A DNA stretch of 64,000 bases from Vezdaea acicularis (taxonomy: Eukaryota): contig JAPEUI010000061.1 of assembly GCA_026025075.1 (NCBI GenBank), positions 1-64,000 on the forward strand, read 5' to 3'. The notes under the pieces were generated by a model, which was not told where the DNA came from, did no database searches, and was given only the letters and a program-made list of their open reading frames with translations. How positions within the stretch are numbered: the stretch's first letter is position 1; each line of letters opens with the position of its first letter. Both the position numbers and the translations under genes were made by a program. Shown here in pieces: positions 49,202 through 63,600 of the stretch.

Positions 49202-49894
49202 ATGGCAGACTTGGACCAGCGTCCCCAAGCTGCTGCAAAAGCTCGGGTGATCGCCCATATGAACGCTGATCATAAAGAAAGCCTAGCATTCTTTTGCCAA
49301 TACTACAGCAACCTACCGTCGCATTCAGTTGCATTAGCTCAAATCGAAGACATGGATCTAGACCATATGATCATCGTAACGAACACTTCTCGCAATCTCA
49401 TCAGAATTGACCCGCCGATGAAGTCTTGGGCCGAAGCTCGAGCGAGGATGGTAAAAATGGATGAGGAAGCTATTGCCGGTCTAGGCCTTAGCAAAATCAT
49501 CATAAACCAATATGTTCCGCCGAAAGGGTTCCATCTTGTCGTTTTCATACTTTGTGTCATGACATTCATATTGATGTCTACACGAAGAAACTTTCTCCCT
49601 GGATCAATCATCTACGAGATTTTTCTTCGTGGCAATAGGCGTATAGCAAAGTTCCTATGTCGAATACAGCCATTCGTTCTCTATCCAATGTTGGCCCTGC
49701 ATGCAAGCGAAGCTATCTACCTGGATCAAACCAGGTTGAAGAGGCATAGAGTTCGACGCCTGACAAAGAGATGGTGTATGTGGATGGCGTCTAGTTTCAT
49801 CGAGGGGATCGGCGCAAAACAAAGGTTTGACAAACTTGTCAAGAAGAAAATCCTCTTACAGCAAGCGGTGAAGCACATAGGAACCAACTTGTAG
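49202..49894 (+). CDS. DUF2470-domain membrane protein
   Basis: RVIAHMNADHKESL...DPPMKSWAEARARMVKM N-terminal domain followed by TM segments and LHASEA...WMASSFIEG. Confidence 0.8.
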   Translation: MADLDQRPQAAAKARVIAHMNADHKESLAFFCQYYSNLPSHSVALAQIEDMDLDHMIIVTNTSRNLIRIDPPMKSWAEARARMVKMDEEAIAGLGLSKIIINQYVPPKGFHLVVFILCVMTFILMSTRRNFLPGSIIYEIFLRGNRRIAKFLCRIQPFVLYPMLALHASEAIYLDQTRLKRHRVRRLTKRWCMWMASSFIEGIGAKQRFDKLVKKKILLQQAVKHIGTNL

Positions 49895-50332
49895 TCCGAT
49901 GGTCCAGATTAGTCTTGGATCTCTGATGTAATTTAAGTGTAAAATACCAAATGTAAAATTTGTTCAAAGCGCTTGTCTTAACAGAGTCGGCCCTGGGATA
50001 CCCCCGCCGGAGTCTGGTTAAGTAGGCTACTTATGGAAAGAACGCCCTTCGTCAAGCATATAAACTATGTTTGGTGCAGTAATCAGGCCTTTGGATGTAC
50101 AGAACATTTTATAGCTTCGCTAAAGTAGCAGCCACGATGCGACTAGCACCTCAAGCTTTACGTGAGATGCAAAGGTATAACACCTCAAGGGCCTTGCCGC
50201 CTTTAAAAAGTCTTACGATGCAGCCATGAGCCTAATAGAGCCATGTAGTTGATAGCAGTGGCTGACTTCCATGCGAGCTTCCCCTCCCACGGGTCGAAGC
50301 AGAGCTTCACCTCGGCGCCCTCGAAGAGCACA

Positions 50333-52938
50333 ATGTCGGCAGCTTCTTCCAACATCCGCGCTTTTGTCGAATGGAACGAGCAGACTGTCTTCGCTGGAGA
50401 GGATATCGCATGCAAGATTACATTCAAGAACATTGCCCCAGCCAATGAACTTGGCGAACAACATTTACGAGCACCAAAACACAATGGCTTCCTAGTGGGA
50501 GAGCGTCAACGGAAAGTAATACTTCCACCGACGACATCCGGAGGTCTAGGAAGCTCAGTCTCACAGAATGCACGTGGTGCTCCTCCTTCTGCAAGAGGCC
50601 ATAGACCGGCTCTGTCATTGAACACGCCTAGCGGCTTTAATAGAGAGCGCTCGCCCAACTCATGGAGTCCCGGGCAGAATGGCTCTGCAGCTATGGGCCA
50701 CAAGCATAAAAGATCTGTGTCTATAATATCAATGGGTGGCAGTGAGCCTACGGTAGAAGAGAGCCTAAAGCATAGTAGTGCCGGCGCTGCGAGGAGACCG
50801 AGTCGAAACCATGTACGATCCGCCAGTTTGCAGATAGTTCCAAAAAGACAGGGTACCTTTCAGGGAGGAAGGCAGGCAGAGAGTAAGTCCATCCCGTATT
50901 GCTGTTAGTGGTATATATTTTGATAGGCCTGCAAGCAACTCGTCCTGCCGGCCAACCGTCGCCTTTGATACAAGCATCGACTCCCCCAATCTATCCTGAA
51001 AAGCCTAACTTTGAACTTCCTACGCATCATGGGCACAGGCTGTCTGGTGTCACAACAACGCCAAATACTCCAGGACCACAGCGAACTCCCCGGCAACCTT
51101 CTACGTCTCTTTCACAGAATTTTAGGTTTCCGGCGACTGGTTCAGGTCACAGAAGCCCACTGTTGGATTCCCAGCAGCTCCGCCCAGCAGTAATCAGCCG
51201 GCGGACGAGTGTGCACTCGTCAAGAAGCCCATCTCCACGGCAGACAGAAGATATAGGAGGCCTGGAACATTTGCCACAGGTAACGCGGATACTTTCAGCT
51301 TCTAGTATGAATGGCGGGACGCCAAGGAGCAGTGGGGAGTTCTACTCTTTGAGCAACCATTCCTCGGAGACCTTGGCGTCAGAATATCAGACTCAATCGG
51401 GAAATCAACTGCTGCCACGGGCTTCAAATTTACGAAGGCAACCGAACATGTTGAAAATGAATCAACATATGCTGCCTGAAACATTAATGATGGGTTATGT
51501 GCAGGTCATAGGCTCTTTTACTGTAGACGGTTCTTTGATAAATCAGGCACCATTTGAAGAGGTCAAGAGAAAGGGGGTGGTTGGTGGCCAGGGCGGTGGC
51601 GGAGTGGTAGGTGTAGAGACGAATAAAAGAGATAGTGGGATTTTAGGAGCGTTCGGCTTGGGAAATATCGGTGCGTCGATTGGTGATTTACTTGGTGGCA
51701 ATGAGATGAGCACTGTCAAGGAGATGCGAGGAATTGCAAACTCGAAGGACATACCTCTACTATCGACGCCTCAATCAGTATTGTTCGTAAACCTTCGACT
51801 TGCACCAAGCGAAAGCAAGACCTATAGTTACAGCTTCACGCTACCAAAAGGACTTCCGCCTAGCCATAAGGGCCGCGCAATAAAAGTAACGTATAGCCTC
51901 GCTATTGGCACTCAACGAGCAGCTACAGCAAAAGAGAAGCAACAAGTCCGACACGTCAACGTCCCCTTCCGGATCTTTGGTGGTGTAAACGGTAAGTCTT
52001 CATGCCCGCGCAAGATATGTTTCTAAATTCTGCCAGGTCGAGGAGAGGTATTAGGGCATGATCTTATGTCACCTTATGTTTTTCTGCAAGATAAAGCTCA
52101 AACTCAAAGTGTTGAAGACCTTTCCTCGGCAATCGAGAAGGCTTCTATTAAAAGGGGGAAGCAAGCCAGCACAGAAGAAGACTCCCTCCAAGGGTTCCTT
52201 TCCTATGTCGACAACCTCCTGGAACGACCTCGAGAAGGTTCGAACGCCGGGTTACTCTCCCCATCAGATCGAACAACATCTCGACGACATTCTTTCATGG
52301 AAGGGCCAACCAACATGAAAGAAGCTGTCAATCTTGCCATTTTGCGAAGTAATCTCACAACAGCGTCGAATCGTAGCGCTAATCGATTCGAAATAGCTCG
52401 CAGTGGCCGTCGGGTTGCGGTAATCATGCTGGCTCGGCCAGCTTACCGGCTCGGTGAGACAATCAACGCAGTAATCAACTTCGAAGGCGCCGATATCCCC
52501 TGTTACGCCCTCCATGGTTCTCTAGAAACCTCTGAAACTGTAGACCCGGCAATCGCATTGCGCTCGGCAGCGAGCATCCACCGCGTTACTCGCCGCGTTC
52601 ACGCATCCCAATCAGAATCAACGCTCTTCGCCAGACGAATCGTCTTCGCCCCAACTATTCCCCCAAACGCTACACCTGAATTTATGACCACAGGCATAAG
52701 TCTACAATGGAAATTACGCTTCGAGTTCGTAACACCGCGTCTCATGACAAATGATGACGAGCTCGAAGAGTCGAGCGTGAACAGTTTGCTAGAAGAAGTA
52801 GCAAGCGACGAGCGCGGCGTGATTCTTGCCGCGGTCGAAACGCTAAAAAGCGAAAGCTTTGAAGTCAGCGTCCCAATCAAAGTGTTTGGTGCGCTATCCG
52901 GGAGCGAAGAGAAAAGTGTGGATGGACTGGTGGTGTAA
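50333..52938 (+). CDS. RGP1: Rgp1-domain protein (Ric1-Rgp1 GEF subunit)
   Basis: TVFAGEDIACKITFKN, ETLMMGYVQVIGSF, IPLLSTPQSVLFVNLRL, LPPSHKG, AYRLGE, LQWKLRFEFV; two introns. Confidence 0.88.
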
Positions 52939-55070
52939 ATGTATAATTACTCTGTTACGTGCTCTGGATATTAGATTTGGACGGGGCCTGTTTACATATT
53001 TTTGCGCGTGAGCGTCATCAGCACTCGCTTTGCTATGATATCAAAAAGGTTTGTAAGAGCAAAGGCGTGGTGGTTGGGGCTTTAAAGGCAGAGCTACAAA
53101 ACAGGCAAAAGTTGGTTGTGCAAGTATCTTGCCTTCACGCCACTACGTTCTCAAGCCTTTCAGCGATCTTAGGGGACAACATCTGACCCTAGCTTTCCAA
53201 ATGCTTCACAGTAGAGGGAAACATTTATCGCTTTCTATCTCCCTTGACACTGGCGCGTCCTCTCCCACTGACGCAGCAAGCCTTCTCCGTGGTCCAAAAG
53301 AGCTTTTTCACCAAATACAATGGGAAGACAAGGGCTGAGATTATCTGCACCAGTAAAAAGAGATGTTCGAAGTTCGACCATTGCCAGCTGGTAATCAGGT
53401 GACCAAGCAGAAACATAACTGCGTGATAAGGTCTAACCCCTATTTCACGCAGCCCCTTTTTGTCCCGTACACTGATTCACTAAGCCTATCTATTCTTATC
53501 CGGCTTCGGGGAGAATAGTTTCGTGGCGTCGCATTGGCTTGCGTCCATGCCGCAAGGCCTAACATTCTGGAAGTAGACCTTGAGGAAGAATGTGATACTA
53601 ATGTATATGCGCGACAGTCAAGCAGCTTTCATGGAACGCCCTAATCTTCAGGCCCAATCCGTACCACTAGTGGTAACTTCAACGTTCCTACGAGATATCA
53701 GACTCAGAGACAAGGATTTATCTTCGGGCTAGGATATGTTGATTTGTTTCAATACCATCGCGCTTTGTCGGAAAAGACCTGTATGTCTTGGTAGAAGCTC
53801 GCAAGAAGAATCCAAAAGTTCCAGATTCTCCAATGCGACTGGAACCTTGGTGAACACAAACAATATTAACCCTCTAGATTCCTACTGGCAGTAGTAGCGC
53901 AACATTTTGGCGGTTTCCAAGGGCCTTTGGCCCGATTCTGTTGCTTAAAGGGGCTATAAACAATTGTTGCCTCAGACGTGGTGTCATCATACTCGTACTT
54001 TTCTTCAGGTGTCCTTGCATCATACCCGGGTCAGCACTTTGAGAACCTCCCCTTTCGAGCTACTGTGCATTTTTCATAGGAGGACCCAGAAGAGACCCAC
54101 TTTGGCAATTTGCGCTACCTCGGAGCCGCAGACAGATCGTTTCTTCGGAGGCTGTTTCGCAAGCCCTACAATTCTCCTTGGGGGCTCTTTCTATCATCCC
54201 CAGGTCGTGACTCCGAAAATAGCTCTTCTAACAGACCGTCTTACTTCCCCAGACGGGGTCCAGATTGAAAGCCTTTAAAAGCAGATCCGCCACAAGCATT
54301 TTCATTCCCGAAAAGATTGCTTATAGCGTTTTAGTAACTAGCAGTCTAATCAACTCGTCAGCGCATCAATTTGTCCTGTCGGTTGACCTGGCGTGGTGAC
54401 TCGGATTTTGTATAAGCTATAAAACTTATGGCTTAAAGTCCGAGAGCTTTACTGCAGAGCCAGCTGGACCAGACTACTTATCCCATAACAGGACCTGTTA
54501 CCGGATGTGTCGTACAGGGAACCCTTCCCATGTATCATGGGTTTTTTGGGACAATCTGCCAATCCTCGCATGAATGAACGTAGCCTGAAGGTCATTTGCT
54601 TACTCCACTACCTGCGAGTAGAGGGTCGATGAGACAAGTTAGAACCATTGGCGTGCGAAGCATCCAAGCAACATATTGATAGATCAACCGCGACGCCTAC
54701 TTGAGATGTCCCAGCGGCAACAAGGAGCTTGGACAGCGACGAAATGAAATAACCTGACACTCCAGAAGCTACAACCTTGAGGGTTTGATGTATGGAGACA
54801 ATGAGAGCGAATACTGGGTGTATCCATTGAGATTATTACACATAAGAGAAACGATTGAGGCTGCCTCTTTTCCACTTTCTAGTATGACATATAAGCCATA
54901 TATTTATGATTTTGATGATCGTGATGAACTATCATAGCGAGATAATCCCGTGTGTTTTACCGAATATTCCTACGCGACAACACGTTCCCTACAATATTGG
55001 GGAACCTCAACACGACAAACGTTGACGCCTTGACATCACCCTTATACATCACAGCAGAGGAGACAACGAA

Positions 55071-56358
55071 ATGACAAATGTATGCTCTGCCTATCCGGAA
55101 TGCTCTTCTCTGGCTGACAGATCATTCATAGGAACCAAGTAGGAGGAAGCGAGGCCGACCCTCATTTGCGGAATTGAGAGCGCGTCAAGGTATCCCGGAA
55201 CCACCGCAAGAAGCACGACCAGCAAAGCGGAGACGGGGTAGACCGTCTCTTGTGGAATTACGAACAAGGCAAGAATCGGGTCTGCATGAGCGGGAAATCG
55301 AAGTTCGTCCAGGTAAGAATGAGTACAACTCATCGCAGGATGGTAGAGAGTTCGGTCTCTATCGAATGCTGAAGCTCGGCATCTTTTTTTTGAACTACTC
55401 TTACTTACAATGATTTCACAGAAGAACCCCAGCCAGCCAACTATTCAGCCCTTGTTCCTCGTATACGTAGAATATCAAAAGAGACGGTCAGCGCGAAATG
55501 GACAACGCTGCCAGAGACAACGCAGGAGCAAGTTATGAATCTAATCAGCTCAGTCGGCAGGCCTGTCGTAACAAGAGTAAGGGACGAGAGACGGAGATCG
55601 GAGGCTCAAAGCGCTTTAGCGTCTATAGTACGACGGTAAGGCAATTCTTTGCTACGGAAAACGCTTCACGGGTGCTGACCAGACGGCACAAAAGGTTATC
55701 GTCCAGAGTGCCCAGAATGCCTTTCCCGCCAAATACAAGGGATCTGCACTTCGACTACGAAAAGTTACTTGCTACAAACGTAAGTTCTACGAGAGACCAT
55801 TTCCAAGATTTCGATGCAGATGCTGATAGTGTACAAGAGAGATCTCGAGGCGCAGCTTACCCCAGCGATCCATTCCAATGGGCAATTGCTGAGCGAGATT
55901 GAGAAGGAAGAGCTAATGCTAGAGGATGATATCGAAAGGCTAGAAGCATTAGAACGTGAAGTGAAGGCAAAAGAAGAAAAAATGCAAGAAAAAGTGAAAG
56001 CCATACACCCGCTCTTGGCGTTCAAGGATGCGCCCGGCAAGCAGATTGACGCAATCGAGCTCACCGATTCTGAAAAATTAGATACTTCTCTAGAGGTACG
56101 TAAACATGCACTAGCATACATCACTTCTAAAGTTTGGCCTGTGCTGATATTCAAATTTTGCCCTTTTAGGGTGATCTTGATGACAATTTGCTTGCTCTCA
56201 CGAGGCAACTAGGCAGTCACTTAGAAAGCATGCAGAGCAACACGGGCCACACACACCACGTCAGAGACGACCTTATGCTTACTCTTGCAGCCGTTGACGA
56301 TGCATTATATCGACGGCTCGACCCGGAGCAATATGCCCAGGTTGCCCTTGCGGGTTGA
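55071..56358 (+). CDS. Kinetochore CENP-Q/Okp1/Fta7-like protein
   Basis: Multi-exon model: LVPRIRRISKETVSAKWTTL, RLSSRVPRMPFPP...FDYEKLL, LEAQL coiled coil, LGSHLESMQSN. Confidence 0.7.
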
Positions 56359-58004
56359 ACGTGAGTATTTATAGGTCCCAGGTATGAAATGCCATGTGGT
56401 GCCGGCACAATCCCTGGTTGATTGTGCAACTGGGTGACGAAACGCTATCGGAACTGAGATGGAGAAGGTCATTGGATATACAGATCAAGCCTTCTAGGAA
56501 GACACTGGTCCTCAGTGCTGCAAAGATATCGATGAAATAACCACCATTTTACTCTGAGCGGCCACTTCCACAACGGTACGGCTTGCATAGTCCTACGATG
56601 CCAGGCTGACTCGTTGTTCAACATTCGCCCACGCTACTGTAGCGGGAACGGGCTGGCAGGTACCACCTCGATGCAAGGCGTAACAAGCCCATGCGCGCCA
56701 TGGACGAGTGGCATTGCCATCACAGCCGATGAGTGATCGGCCCCACTATGCTCGGAGGGCGCTCGGGTGTTGCCTCGGCCCTGGAGAGGTGTTTGTGCCT
56801 GATGGGAGGCCTTTGGAGGGTGCCCTGAGCCCGATAAGTCCAGCGTGCAGGAGGGAGATCGCCCACATGCAGGCTGAGCGGCGAGCGTGGGCATGCAGCA
56901 AGTCTATCCGGTCTTTTTTTCGGTGGTGACGCTGGCAGGTTGATATATCTCACCATGCGAAACATCGAGGCGGGAGTTCAAAGAGGGCCTTTGCCAGGGA
57001 GAGGGTCGTCAATGGGCTGAATAATGTCTCATGCGTGCTGTACAGGCCGGAGAGTGGGCGAAGGGTCGTCTGCAATTGCATTGTATAGCTATCAGTGTTT
57101 CAATCAACCTTGTTGAGCGCCATGCGGTGAAGCAGAGGAAGCAGAGCAGAGATGATGGTCGGCGGACAGGTGGAACCGCGACGGGGGTCCAAACCCAGGG
57201 AAGGACGTTAGTGTCCGCACGCCCACCGCCCTCCCACTCGACTTACTTTCCGCCCCGCTCGGCCGCCCAGCCGGAAGCGACGTCGTTTGACATCGCACGC
57301 TGCTGCACGCCCCCAAATCGCAGACTGGCCCTTCTTCAGCTCGACCCGGAATCCACGCGACACTTTTGCCCTTCCTCCACTCCTTTCCATCTCCCCGAGC
57401 ATTACCGCCACTCCATCGCCCTCCGAGACCCCGCCAGCGCCGGTGCGTCGCGCCCGCCTCGCCCCTGCATTGACGCCTTCCGCGAAGCCTCGAGGATCGA
57501 CCGCTGATTTGCGGTGCTGCCGCGTTGTCGCAAAATCCGCCCGCCGCCTGCCCGACAGCCGAGGGATCGCTCCTGAACCTCGAACTCAAACCAAGCTTCC
57601 TCTGAGCACTAGATTGCTCAACCACTTGGACTCTGCGACCGCATTTGACACGCCCGCAACGCCTTCAACGCATGCCGGCTCTTCTCACCTCCAAGGTCCT
57701 TGCCTGCGCAACCCGGTCAGCCTCTTGACCGCCACTTCTTAGTCGCCTACGAAGAGTCCCATGCCATTGATGGTGACCCAGGCGCACAGCTATCCCGTCT
57801 GTGAGCGGCCGCATTGCGACCAGAGGGCCTGAACGGAAGTGGATAAGCAGAGAAACGAACGTGTACCCCCCACTCTGGCCCCCAGCAGACCCAGCAGGAC
57901 AGAGAAAGATAGAGATCCAGAAGCAAATCCCGAGCAGTCCCCGAGTCGCTCACCCTTCGCGCCCCCCCCCCCCGCCCCGGTGGTCTGACGAGACGAACGA
58001 GTTC

Positions 58005-60163
58005 ATGACCGAAGACCTGCCTCAGACACCCCGTCCGAACGCGCTCAATGGCTCGAAGGGTAACATGACGTCCAGCACGACGGATCAGAACGGCAGCACC
58101 GTGGAGTCGGCGCCCCCGGGCTCGGCTTCGAGCGTTGGCGAGAGTAGCCGCCCGTCGCCGTCTGCAGCTGCGTCGGCGCCAGGGAGCAGGAAGAGACGAA
58201 AGGTCAATCATGGTACGTTGGCATCCCCCGTTGGCAATCCTGGGTGCAGTCTCGCGCAAGACGCCGGACTGCAGAGACTGTGTATGTCACGCATACGCGT
58301 TAGCGGAGTAAGGATGAGGGCCTGCAGAAACACGTTGGCTAATCGCAATGGCTACGTTTTGCAAAGCGCAGCTTGTGTCTACTGTCGCCGATCGGTGAGC
58401 CTCGCTGTGGACCCAGTTGATGGGCGTTCCCTCGTATCCCTACTTTTGAGGGTTTTCAAGCGTTAGACTCTTGAGGAATCATGCGTCATTTTACTGACCT
58501 TATGGTGCTTTCGTCGGTCCGACTAGCATATGACTTGCGATTTGGTATGGAAATTTCATCTGTCTCTATTCCGTACTCTCTTATTCTACCTCTCTCTCGC
58601 GCGCGTGCTCTCAAGCCCCTTCGATCTTTGCCTGATATGGATACCTCTTGGGTGGAATAGGAGCGACCCTGTACCAGGTGTATAAAACGTGATATTGGTC
58701 ACCTCTGCCACGACGAACCGCGAGAGACGGTCAAGAAGCTGAAGACCGAATACGAAAACTCGCCCGCAGAGGAAGAGCAAACATCCCCAGCCCGTCTGAA
58801 GAACTCGCCGACGCACGAAGTAACTGCAGCGTTCGATTTAGGGTCAGATCAGCAAGAGCCCCAAGATTCCTCTGTTCGGTTGAGGCTGCCCCCCCAAGGC
58901 GCAGGTGCGGATTCTACACCCCTTCTCCAGCCTACTGCAGTGTCGGGCTTCGACCCTCAGGCGCTGGACAGCGGCAAACAGCAATGTAGGTCCTATGTTT
59001 TTTTTTCCCGGGAGGGCGTCCGTTGCGCGGGCTGACTTTTTCGTCAGTCTCCGGATACGAGGAATTTCAGTTTCAGGACATGCACAACTACCATCCTTCC
59101 TATATGTTTAACACTCGAGAAGTCACGGATGAGTACAATCTACTCAATAGCTTTCTAAACAATAGCTTGCTTGACGATGGGGCCATTGTGGGCGAGAATG
59201 GCCAAATCTATCCTGCAACTAGTTACATGAACTCTCTATCGGCAACGGCAGGCGACCTTCCCCAACTGCCAGCTAATCAGACACAGTCTCTTCTTATGTC
59301 AACATCGCAAGGCCAGAGCACCCAAGAGAACCCTCCGAGTCGGCCAGGAAGTACTGTACCGCCAACGGACAAGGCGCGGGATTACTACCTCACTGCTGCT
59401 GACCCGGAAGGTAGTGATGCTCCTGAAGTTAGGATGCAGAATCTGCTCGAGGCAAAGTACCAAGCTGGCATGCTCAAGCCCTTCAACTATGTCAAAGGCT
59501 ATGCTCGATTAGACCAGTACATGCAGAAGAACATGCAAATTGTCTCGAGACAACGCATTCTGCGACAGCTAGACAAGTTCCGGCCCAAGTTTCGTGATCA
59601 TATGCACTCGCTCACAGACATGGAGCTCGTCTACGTCGAGATGTGGTTTGAACGGAGTCTTATGGAGTATGACCGAGTCTTCGCCAGTATGGCCATTCCA
59701 GCGTGCTGCTGGAGAAGGACTGGCGAAATCTTTAGAGGAAACAAGGAGATGGCTGAACTAATACACCAGCCCATAGAGAAGCTACGCGACGTAAGTTTTG
59801 ACTCGAGCTAACCCAACAAACGACAAGGACTTGAGAGCTGACGACCAGTGCAGGGAAAGCTCGCCATCCACGAAATCATAGTAGAAGACTCGATCGTCAG
59901 CTACTGGGAAAAATTCGGCGCCATAGCCTTCGACAGCGCCCAAAAAGCGATGCTCACTAGCTGCTATCTGAGGAACCCAGATCCTAGCGCCAAAGATCCT
60001 AACATACGTTGCTGCTTCTCCTTTACCATTCGTCGCGACTCACACAACATGTGAGCACCCTCCTCATCTCCCTTCTAAAAGCTATGAATCAACTAACCGT
60101 CTCCTTTCAAGCCCCTCCTTGATAGTAGGAAATTTCCTCCCCATGGACGCCTCGAAGAAGTGA
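58005..60163 (+). CDS. acuM: Zn(II)2Cys6 transcription factor of the AcuM/Rds2 type (gluconeogenesis regulator)
   Basis: Spliced RKRRKVNHACVYCRRSHMTCDLERPCTRCIKRDIGHLC; YYLTAADP, LKPFNYVKGYARL, IPACCWRRTGEI PAS-like region, CCFSFTIRRD, IVGNFLP. Confidence 0.88.
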
Positions 60164-60649
60164 GCCTGTTGGAATATGTAGGATCACACGCACAGATTGA
60201 CTCTAGCTCGTATGAAGACCGCGTTCCACAGAGGACGAGGAGACAAGAGAAGAAAGGAGAAGACAAGATAAAAGAAAAGGAAAGGAAAGGCCGTCCCTTA
60301 TTTGCTTTCCTGTGTTAACTTCACGCATCGGTCTTTCAGGCGGTTCTACTCCGTCGGTCAGGAAGTTGCATTTGCTGGAGCACGGTGCTCGCTGAGGGAG
60401 GCGTTTGTTTGTTGGCTTGGCGCAACTTTGGCCGGTCTAAGGTAATTTTAACTCATGTCGTTGTAAGATTAATGAATTGAATTACCATGCGCCGGGACAT
60501 CAGTTGTTTGCTTGAGCACCTCGTGGGTTTGGTGGCTCTTTGGGTGCGCTGCCCCTCTGACGCGGAAGGGTTCTCTCGCTTGATTGACACTGTCCTTCCA
60601 CCCCTTCCATCTCTTTCGCTTTCTCTCTCCTAAGCAGCAAACAACGAAG

Positions 60650-63600
60650 ATGGCACCCCTATCCAAAGCAGCGCGGGCGGAGAAAGCCAATACGGTCACG
60701 AAGCTCTTGAGTCGCTCTCTCGCATTCCTCCTCTCGATTTAGCATGGTCACTAACTCGGGTAACCACAGCGTTCACGGCCGAGCTCTCTGCACAGCTTCA
60801 AGATCCCGCTTCGGACCCCTCGCTCATCAGAGACCTTGAGCGGAACCTCGAGCTGCTGCCATTCGGGCCCAATGCGGCGGTGGCGGCAAAGCATCAGGAG
60901 CTTGATGCAGAGGGGACGAGGATCTGGAACTTAGTCGCAAGGGTGGAGAGAGATGGAGGAGACCGGGGGAGAGTAGGATGCTTAGCAAGAACCTTTGCAT
61001 TTCTGCTGCTAGATTGTGCGTGTGGAAGTGTTCGCGCGTCTTTGATAAGTAAGTGATATAATAAAATAGAAGAGCAGGCGCTGATAATATAATTAGATAT
61101 GGTCAGGGTGCTGAAGGTGGGTTTGAAGTGCTCACGGCACTGTCTTGCGCATAAGGAAACAGAGCTTGGGCTTAGGGTTCTTGAGAGGGCTGCTCAAGTG
61201 TGTTTGAGTCCCTTCAGGTTCTTGAGCATATTTGGCTGACGACGTTAGCACGAGTCGGATTTCGCAAAAGCTGTGGACGATCTTGCCACTTCATCAGAGG
61301 ATAAAACCCTCTACCGACGATTGTCTACCTCCTATTTCATGGAGCGTACGGCACTTTCGTGGCGCATGTTCCGATTCGACGTCGCTGAGCACATGTATAG
61401 TAAAGTGGCCGCCATGGTCAAGGATGTAGACTCAAATACTGCTGAAAACATAGCGGATTTGCTTTACGAGATAGGCAGGGAAAGGTTAGAGAAGAAAGAA
61501 TATGCCATGGCAAACACGTGGTTGGAGAGGTCTCACAGTGTCCTCGCCAGTCAAGACCTAGAAAGACTAAGTGCTGAGGCTGGGGAGCTCAGGTTGTGCG
61601 TTCTACAAGCTTCTGGTGAGCTAGATGCCCCGAGATACCGGAAACGAGAACTTAATAGCTAGAGTCTAGTGAAGGCGTTGTTGGGCTTAGAAGATCTTGC
61701 TGCTACGGCTAGGGCGAAGGACCTGATAACTTTGCTGGAAACAGTACGAGTTGACCAAGCCATATTCTAGAATATAAGCTAAAAGGTCATCAGGACTATG
61801 GGGATAAGTTGGTTGTGTCTCTGCTCAAGCTAGAATCATTACGATCGTCACCGGATTTCGATGGAGATGATTATTATAGAGGTGATTTGAAAGTGCCGAG
61901 TGTTCGCAAACCCGACGTTAACCTTCCGAAGTGGTCCAGCAAATAATAGGAAAGCTCATACTGACTGAGTCCAGCTTCAAGATGTTAGTCGACTCTTCTC
62001 GCCAGCGTAAGCATTCGGTTAACGAATAACAGGGTACTACAGCATATTCATCATCTCAAGGACAAGAGGTAAGCCTTATACAAGGTGCTGCCTAGTAAAT
62101 AAGACTGATTGGTCTAGCGTCGACTTGGCATGCAGGGCGCTGGACAGCCTGATGGTGAAGAGATTGTTCGAATCCGAAAATGATGATTGGATCGAGAAGG
62201 TCTTCGTCACGCGTCTCTGGATGACTGTCAGTGCTACAGAGACATCAGGCAACACACAGTCCCTAGTAGCTCTGGTGAATGAACTATCGTCAAAACTTCA
62301 AAAACCTTTAAGCGCTTCTGCAACTCATGCTTCACAAATCGTCAGGGACTTGAACCCCTCAAGAAGACCTGAAGCTAATACACTCCAGCTTTTATGGAAA
62401 CTTATCGAACTCAACTACACTCAGGGGCAGTTTGCCGCAGCAGAGGCATGGTGCAAGCTAGCCCTGCATAAAGTGTTTGAGAACTCGGGAGAACTGAATG
62501 CTGCAAAGATTTCAAGGTTAATTGACTCCTTTCGAGCCTCGCGAAGATTGAACTGACTCAACCTAGAAAGCTCATTCTTTGTTCCCTTTCCCGTGAGGAC
62601 TTCGGATCAGCCAAAATTATCTTCAATCAGATGTCAGACTCCGGGAGGCAAGCTCCGATGACTAGATACCTCATGTTTAAAGCCTCTGTTCGTTCAGGTG
62701 ACGAAGACACTGGTAGTATACTCCATTGATTTTAGACTTTAGCTCACGATGATCCCAGCAAGTGAATGTTTAGATGCTGTGTGTAAAGTGGTAACAAAAG
62801 ACGCGACTCTGCTATATGCTTGCGTACTTGAAGCACAGAAGACTGGGAACAGGAGGCAAGCTACTGTAGCTTTGCAGAGGGTTCTCGCTAAATATGAATA
62901 TGGGGCTCCAGATGGCGTGCATCTGCCTGCACTCTTACGGTCATCCTCCTAGTGTAACTTCATATTCAGTTGTCTGACTAATCTGAGAGGGTAGAGTAAC
63001 AGCCAGGCTGACCATTTCTGAACTAAAAGAATCCAAAGCCTCAAATTCAGAAGCCGTAGCTAGTATCTGCAAGCTTTTTGAAGGGGGTAGGTAGAGTTTA
63101 TTCAAGATGTTATCTGCAAGCTGACCTTATGATCTAGCTACAGTACAAGCAAAAACTTCGAGGAGAAACGATCCTGCTCAAATTGATCAACTTTTCAGCA
63201 TCGATGAGCTGGACTGGTTCTCTAGGACCAGCTACAACCTTGCTCTCGAATCATGTGCAGACTGGGAGGGTTCGATGGTCTTGAAGTTGCTACACAGCTG
63301 TATCGGAGTAAGATTGGTCACGCTATAGAAAAATTCGGCGCTTATCAGTCCAGTTTATCGATCTCTATCCAAGTGACATGCCCAAAGACACAATCCTCGA
63401 CCTATCCCTCCGGCGCATGTTCTGCGACTTCCTCGCTATATCGCTTCTAATAGCACTTGCTCGATCTGAGGATAACATTGAGAAGCAGTTACAGTATTAC
63501 CTGACGGGTCGTGCTCATGTAGAAGGTTTTAGGGCCAGAATACCGGATCAGCTCACAAGGCTTGGGCCTGGTAGCCGAGAAGACCTCTTGAAGAAACTTG

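Noticed and set aside
53000..55000. 2-kb gap between RGP1 and the CENP-Q-like gene
   Set aside because: Only short motif-less ORFs; no TIRs, repeats or RNA signatures that I could support.
56900..58000. Several 150-170-aa ORFs upstream of acuM
   Set aside because: GC-rich promoter/5' leader producing chance ORFs on both strands; no domain evidence.
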